Assembly (NCBI RefSeq): GCF_009914755.1
Contig: NC_060939.1
Reading direction: 5' to 3' (one strand)
Source: the human T2T-CHM13v2.0 reference genome, Homo sapiens
DNA: 64,000 bases
This document shows positions 59,975 through 64,000 of this stretch, in pieces (position 1 is the first letter of the stretch; the number at the start of each line of letters is the position of its first letter). Position numbers and translations under genes: made by a program. The notes beneath the pieces are model-generated. The model saw nothing but the letters and a program-made list of their open reading frames with translations. It ran no database searches and was not told the origin of the DNA.

Positions 59975-61861
59975 TAGCATTTGTTGCATATATGATGCAA
60001 GGTGCTTATCCCAGCAGGAAAGGTTTGCAGGCTGATCTTTGAAACTACATTGATAAGAGGTAGAGTGAACATACATTTTAGTTTTTCTCTTTTAGGTTTA
60101 ATTTATATCTGCTGACTTGATGCAATTATTAATAAAACTTGCTTGTACCCTCCAAAGAGTTCCAGGAGATGGTAAGAAGTGTTCGGATGATACAGTACAT
60201 GGTCATCCTAGTAACAGGTATCTCCTCCCAGGAATAGGGGCTTTGGCTCCTTTTGAAGGATCCTGGGAAGTAGTTGCCTTGACCATTTCTTGCTCAGGGT
60301 CGGGGTTTCATTGTGAAGGCCTCTGGTGCAGCAACAGCTGGGCTATCCAAGGGGTTGCTATGATGAATGGAAACATGCAGGGCAGCGAAGGCTGGAGGGC
60401 CAGATAATGGATGTCCAGTTTTACAGGATGTACTCATGTTAACAGTTCCATTGCTAACTAGTTAAAGATCAGCCTTATGAAAAATGACTTCCCACTTCCA
60501 ACCTCCAAGGAACATAAAACTGTGCAAAGACAGATGAGATGATGCTTTGAGTAATCCTTAATGAAACTGATTTGAGAAATAAAACCATTTGTCTCTCCCA
60601 TTCGACTGCCTCTTGTTATGTAAAATCGCTGTGTAATCATCTTAAACCAGAATGGACTGGAGAGACTGAGGGACAGAAACTTCTGAGTCTTATGTTTCTG
60701 TCATCCACAGCTGCTCATCAATAAGAAAGAAGCAAATGTTGCAACAAGCACTTTCTCATGACAATACTGAACATTCACGCATAACTTGAGAAAAATCTTT
60801 CCACGGATTTGTGAGCACTTGTGCAATGCGTTTGGCCCAGTGATTCGCCTTGATCTAAAAAGTCAGGAGGCAAGTCTTTGGCAGAAACCTGTTGTTACCC
60901 TGAGTAAAGTAACTCTGGAGCTCAGCTCATTTCCAACTGTTTACTGTTCAGATTCTTGGTGGTCTTAATGCTTGGCACCTATGCTGTTGAATTTGCCAGT
61001 TTCACAATTCAGTCGGTTATTAACACAGCCTAAACAACTGAAGATTTTAAACGTGGCCTGCTAGAGAAAACCCTGGATAAGGAGTCTGGCAATATTATTT
61101 TCTAGTTCTCTTTGTGACTTGGAAAATTCACTTCACTTCCTTACGCCCCACTTTAATCACCTGGAAACAAGGCTCACGTGGCTCACAGAAGTGCTTTGAT
61201 CCAGAACACCAGCCGTTCCTTCTGCATGCCCTGTTCCTCCCTGCATGCCTGACTGTACTCCTGGCCTGTCCTCCCTGCACCACGCTTTCTACAAAAATCA
61301 ATAGCATTTCGAGAGGCAGCACAGGTGCCAGTTTTGCCATACGAAAATTCCTGTTTTTCTCCCAGGTTCTTTGAAGGAAATGGTTTGTCTCCTTCAAGCT
61401 TGTTAACGTGTTATCTCTATTCTTTCATGGCAATATCCATGCTACTGCTTTGCACATTTTATTATTGTTCTCAAGAGCATACTAGCTGTGGGCTGGCTCT
61501 ATTGCACCTTCATCTACCTGGTTGCCAGAGAAAGAAGCTTGCAAGTGTTTTTTTCCTGTCCATTTTTAGAGCCACGTTACAAGTGTTCTATGTGATTCAT
61601 TTCACTTGCATCTGGTTTTCTTTCTGCTGTCCTTCCTTTTCCTCTGCCCTTAACTTTCCTCCCAAATCCCCGATCACAGTGCAATTTGCATAATGATTCC
61701 TAATTCCTTAGTTTTCTCTTGGACCCGTCTGTACCTTTCCAGCTCTATTGCTACTGACTGGTTTGTTCAGGCTCTTCTAATCATTATGGCTGGTGCAATT
61801 TTCTTCTAAGAGGCTTTTCCAGGCCTCCTGCTAACAATGATCTATAATGCCTCTGTAGATA

Positions 61862-62173
61862 TTTTTATTTATTTATTTTTATTATTATTATTTTTTTGAA
61901 ACAGGGTCTCACTCTGTCACCCAGGCTAGAGTGCAGTGGCACCGTCACAGCTCACTGTGGCCTCTAACTCCCGGACAAAAGCGATCCTCCCATCTCAGTC
62001 TCCTGCGTAGTGGAACTATAGGCACATGCCGCCACACCTGGCTTGTTATTTTTAAGAGAGACAAAATTTTGCCATGTTGCCTAGGCTGGTCTTGAACTCC
62101 TGAGCTCAAGCAATCCTCCTGCCTTAGCCTCCCAAAGTGCTAGGATGACAGGCGTGAGCCACCGTGTCCAGCC
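61862..62173 (-). mobile_element. AluJ (Jo-like)
   Basis: cacagctcactgtggcctctaactccc...gagctcaagcaatcctcctgcc; (ATTT)n tail; TSD-like ctgtagatattttt / ctgcagtgattttt. Confidence 0.93.
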
Positions 62174-62260
62174 TGCAGTGATTTTTCTTAAAGCCCTTTC
62201 TTAAATCTCATCAGCTTGCTCCTGTTTAAAGTCTATCAGGGACCCTTTAGTGCCTGTCTG

Positions 62261-62420
62261 CAGGGCTGGCTCCAAAGGCGTGTAACATGAGCACTTGTAT
62301 AGGACCCGTGGGCTTAGAAGGGCCCCATGCCTGGTTTATCGTTCTGTAGTCACTGTTTTGCGCTGAGATCTGCAGATTATGGAGTCAGTCCTGTATTTGG
62401 TGTAGCATCTGAGTCACATA
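62261..62420 (+). mobile_element. MER91-like hAT-Tip100 fragment
   Basis: cagggctggctcc...gggcttagaagggccccatgcctggtttatcgttctgt. Confidence 0.55.
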
Positions 62421-64000
62421 AAGAGCCTTTACAACCATGTGGCCACCTCCCCTCATGCCCTAGTCACTGTTCTCTGATCCTAAGCCCTATGCTTTCCTGT
62501 TCCTTCCCATGTAGCTCTCCCCCAGTCGTGCCATTTGGTCTAGTTGGTGTTGTTCATGCAACAACAATTCAGTCCATGTTTCCTGTGTGCCACAGATTGT
62601 CACTGGGTAGTGGAAATACAGAGATGAGGGCAGAAACTTGATTTCACAGAAAAAACCAACTATATACACATAACTCCAATACAATATGGGAAATGCAATA
62701 AAAGAGAAATAACTGATAAGCCAGTTACACAAACATACACAATGTATGGCTTCTGTTTGTTTGATGTTTACCAAAATAGAATTATTGTATCTTACGGGTA
62801 CCCATCTTTTACAGTCTTTCTACCGACTTTTGTAGGTTTTTCTCATTGTTTGCTCTTTAAAAACGACACACATCTTTATCTGCTTCTTTGTTTTCTTACT
62901 CAACAATTCCTTGTGCAAATTTCTCCTAAACCAATGATTAAAACAAAGTTTGGGATTATTTTAAGAATCTTCTTTTAATCATTTGTTTCTCTCATTAGAA
63001 CAGCAAGCTTAAAGTTCATTTTCATTCGACTACTTTAGAAGGGAACATTAAATAGTAGCTGTTTTCCAACTTGAGCCTTTTGTGTATTAAAATTAAACAT
63101 TCAGTTCTACCCTTGTACTTATTCTTTCAGTTAAGCAAACTAGCATATTATTTGGAAATTTTGTTATAAATGCTGGCTTTCCTTTACAATTTTTTTCTCA
63201 AAACATCTGTTTAGGGAGGAAACATGTAAATCGTAAGATAATTCCACAAATGATGTTCAGATGAAAACTTTTCCATCTCGGCCTAATTTTAGAGCCCTGC
63301 TACAAATATTCTGTTTAATTAATTTCACTTGCGTTTGGTTTCCTTTCTCCTGTCCTTATTTTCCTCTGCCCAGGGGCAGTCAGATTTTTCCTAATGTTTC
63401 CTCTCCTTCCTCTGTGTACCATAGGTCACTGTAGACTCCATGGTTCTCTCTCTGTGTTTGCCTGGATCTGCCTGCAAAAGTGCACTGCCCTCTCCTTTCC
63501 TCCTTAGCTAGGATGGCAGTTGGCAAATTGAGCCTGACATTTTCCTAGAGATGTGCAGAGGATGGCAGTTTTAATTTCATTTAAATTTTAGGAATTAAAA
63601 GTCCTTATTTTTCCCAGTCTGAGTTACTAATATCTTGGGTAAAACCTTATTTCTACTGGGTGCCTGGGGATGTATCAGGGGGCAGGATGAATCAGACAGC
63701 AGAATCTGTTTGAGGTTGAAAACAAAGCAGAGACTGAAAAGCCCGGAGACATTCTGGACCCTTATTTTCTGTTGCTCTTTCTTCTTCTGTCTGCGTGTTG
63801 AATGCCTTTATCCCCATCCCATCCTGCACCATGCCACAGATACACACATTCTAGTGGGAAGCGATTCTTTCAGATTCTTCAGACCTTCTCTCTAACCTCA
63901 CTCCTCAACGCAGTTGTCTGGGATCATGTAGGCAAGAAAAATACTCGATGCTGTATTCTCTCCAAGACCTTCCTTTGTAGCACTATCCCAAACTGTTATT

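Overview
This is primate (human or great-ape-like) AT-rich intronic/intergenic DNA dominated by interspersed repeats. It holds about 22 Alu copies or fragments (J, S and Y types) and LINE-1 fragments from L1PA7/8 to ancient L1M. It also has solo LTRs (MER52, LTR12F, THE1B, MLT1/MLT2, an ERVL LTR16/41-like copy), DNA-transposon fossils (Tigger2, Tigger3a, MER44, MER58A, MER102, MER91-like), L2/MIR remnants and microsatellites. No recognisable host protein-coding gene, RNA gene or CRISPR array is present. The only ORF with clear homology is a 213-aa L1 ORF2 fragment; most other ORFs are repeat-derived or chance. I found no supportable novel biological system. The most interesting signals are: (1) two inverted L1PA7/8 copies about 43.5 kb apart that share several apparently non-consensus substitutions (gene conversion or inversion substrate); (2) a three-Alu tandem array whose middle copy is a recombinant of the outer two; (3) an Alu arm nested in the linker of another Alu; (4) an Alu lacking a target-site duplication (TSD) that replaces about 240 bp of its host L1; and (5) a possible + strand spliced transcript, with a clean 156-nt open-frame candidate exon at 51427-51582, weaker candidate exons downstream, and an intact CCAAT-rich LTR12F promoter. 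Subfamily names come from remembered consensus features and need RepeatMasker/Dfam confirmation.
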